Virus record (IMG/VR): IMGVR_UViG_3300037458_000739
Location: 1-24,606 of that record
DNA length: 24,606 nt
Source: a virus
Taxonomy: Duplodnaviria > Caudoviricetes
Reading direction: 5' to 3' (one strand)
Shown here piece by piece: positions 24,098 to 24,606 of this stretch. The position numbers were made by a program, and so were the translations under genes. Position 1 is the stretch's first letter. Every line of letters starts with the position of its first letter. The notes below the pieces were generated by a model that was not told where the DNA came from, ran no database searches, and saw only the letters and a program-made list of their open reading frames with translations.

Positions 24098-24606
24098 TAT
24101 CTTCTCCCCACACTCTTTGTAACAACTTCACCAATAACTTCATCTTTCCTTTGTGAAGATTTACTAGAACCATAAAAGAAGGAAATCATTTGTGAAATAA
24201 TTGTACCTAACATAAACCCTAAGATAGTATCAGCAAATCTGATGTTATCGGGAGGAATATTTCCAAATGTAAGAAACCCAATATAAGTCATCGCTCCAAT
24301 AGTCCAGGCCAATGCAAAGTAATATACAAATCTCTTAGCAAACTTATCATCTTGTTCTAATGCAGCGATCTGCATCTTTCTAGCACTATCTGAGTCTGCA
24401 AGATATGCCTTCTCAAGATCAATCTCCATTCTGCGAGATTCTTGGGCAATCTTTAGGAGTTCTTCTTCATGATCTAGCTGATATTGTCTTAATGTCAATA
24501 ATTGTTCACTACTTAGATCCATAGAATCTAAGCTTACACCTGTTTTCTTTTCAACCCAGTCCTTACCTTTAGCAAGTACTGCGTTACCTAAGAGATCCAA
24601 TCCTTT
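24097..24606 (-). CDS. Holin-like two-TM membrane protein, probably 5'-truncated by the window edge
   Basis: DSARKM followed by two TM helices and FFYGSS; adjacent to the endolysin; frame open to the edge. Confidence 0.65.
   Translation of the reverse strand, partial: KGLDLLGNAVLAKGKDWVEKKTGVSLDSMDLSSEQLLTLRQYQLDHEEELLKIAQESRRMEIDLEKAYLADSDSARKMQIAALEQDDKFAKRFVYYFALAWTIGAMTYIGFLTFGNIPPDNIRFADTILGFMLGTIISQMISFFYGSSKSSQRKDEVIGEVVTKSVGRR

Noticed and set aside
1-24606. CRISPR array, reverse transcriptase/retron/DGR, integrase, or stop-codon recoding
   Set aside because: No regularly spaced repeats, no RT or integrase motifs, and long genes are intact in the standard code using all three stop codons

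Overview
A segment of an AT-rich dsDNA bacteriophage genome, probably lytic, with essentially all real genes on the minus strand. In transcription order (right to left) it holds: a lysis pair (holin-like protein, M15 peptidase endolysin); an early-type region of small ORFs with two copies of a 32-bp promoter-like motif and a tRNA cluster (Leu-TAA, Thr-TGT, Arg-TCT, Val-TAC and a CAT tRNA, probably Ile2); a T7-type single-subunit RNA polymerase; and a replication and nucleotide-metabolism block (SSB, DUF3310 protein, family A DNA polymerase, 5'-3' exonuclease, GIY-YIG protein, primase-helicase, class II ribonucleotide reductase, ATP-dependent ligase, nucleotidyltransferase, DHH phosphoesterase). 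The most unusual content is at the RNA level. (1) A tRNA gene is split at its anticodon arm by a cassette of an HNH-AP2 endonuclease plus an intact, apparently same-identity replacement tRNA. (2) A group I intron encoding an HNH endonuclease sits inside the anticodon of tRNA-Arg(TCT). (3) A consensus type I hammerhead ribozyme lies 2 nt downstream of tRNA-Thr. (4) A second group I intron, encoding a LAGLIDADG endonuclease, splits nrdJ just before the catalytic Cys. (5) Several unexplained structured RNAs are present, notably a GC-rich ~210-nt element at 1009-1217. All calls come from reading motifs and base pairing by eye; no database searches or folding programs were run.
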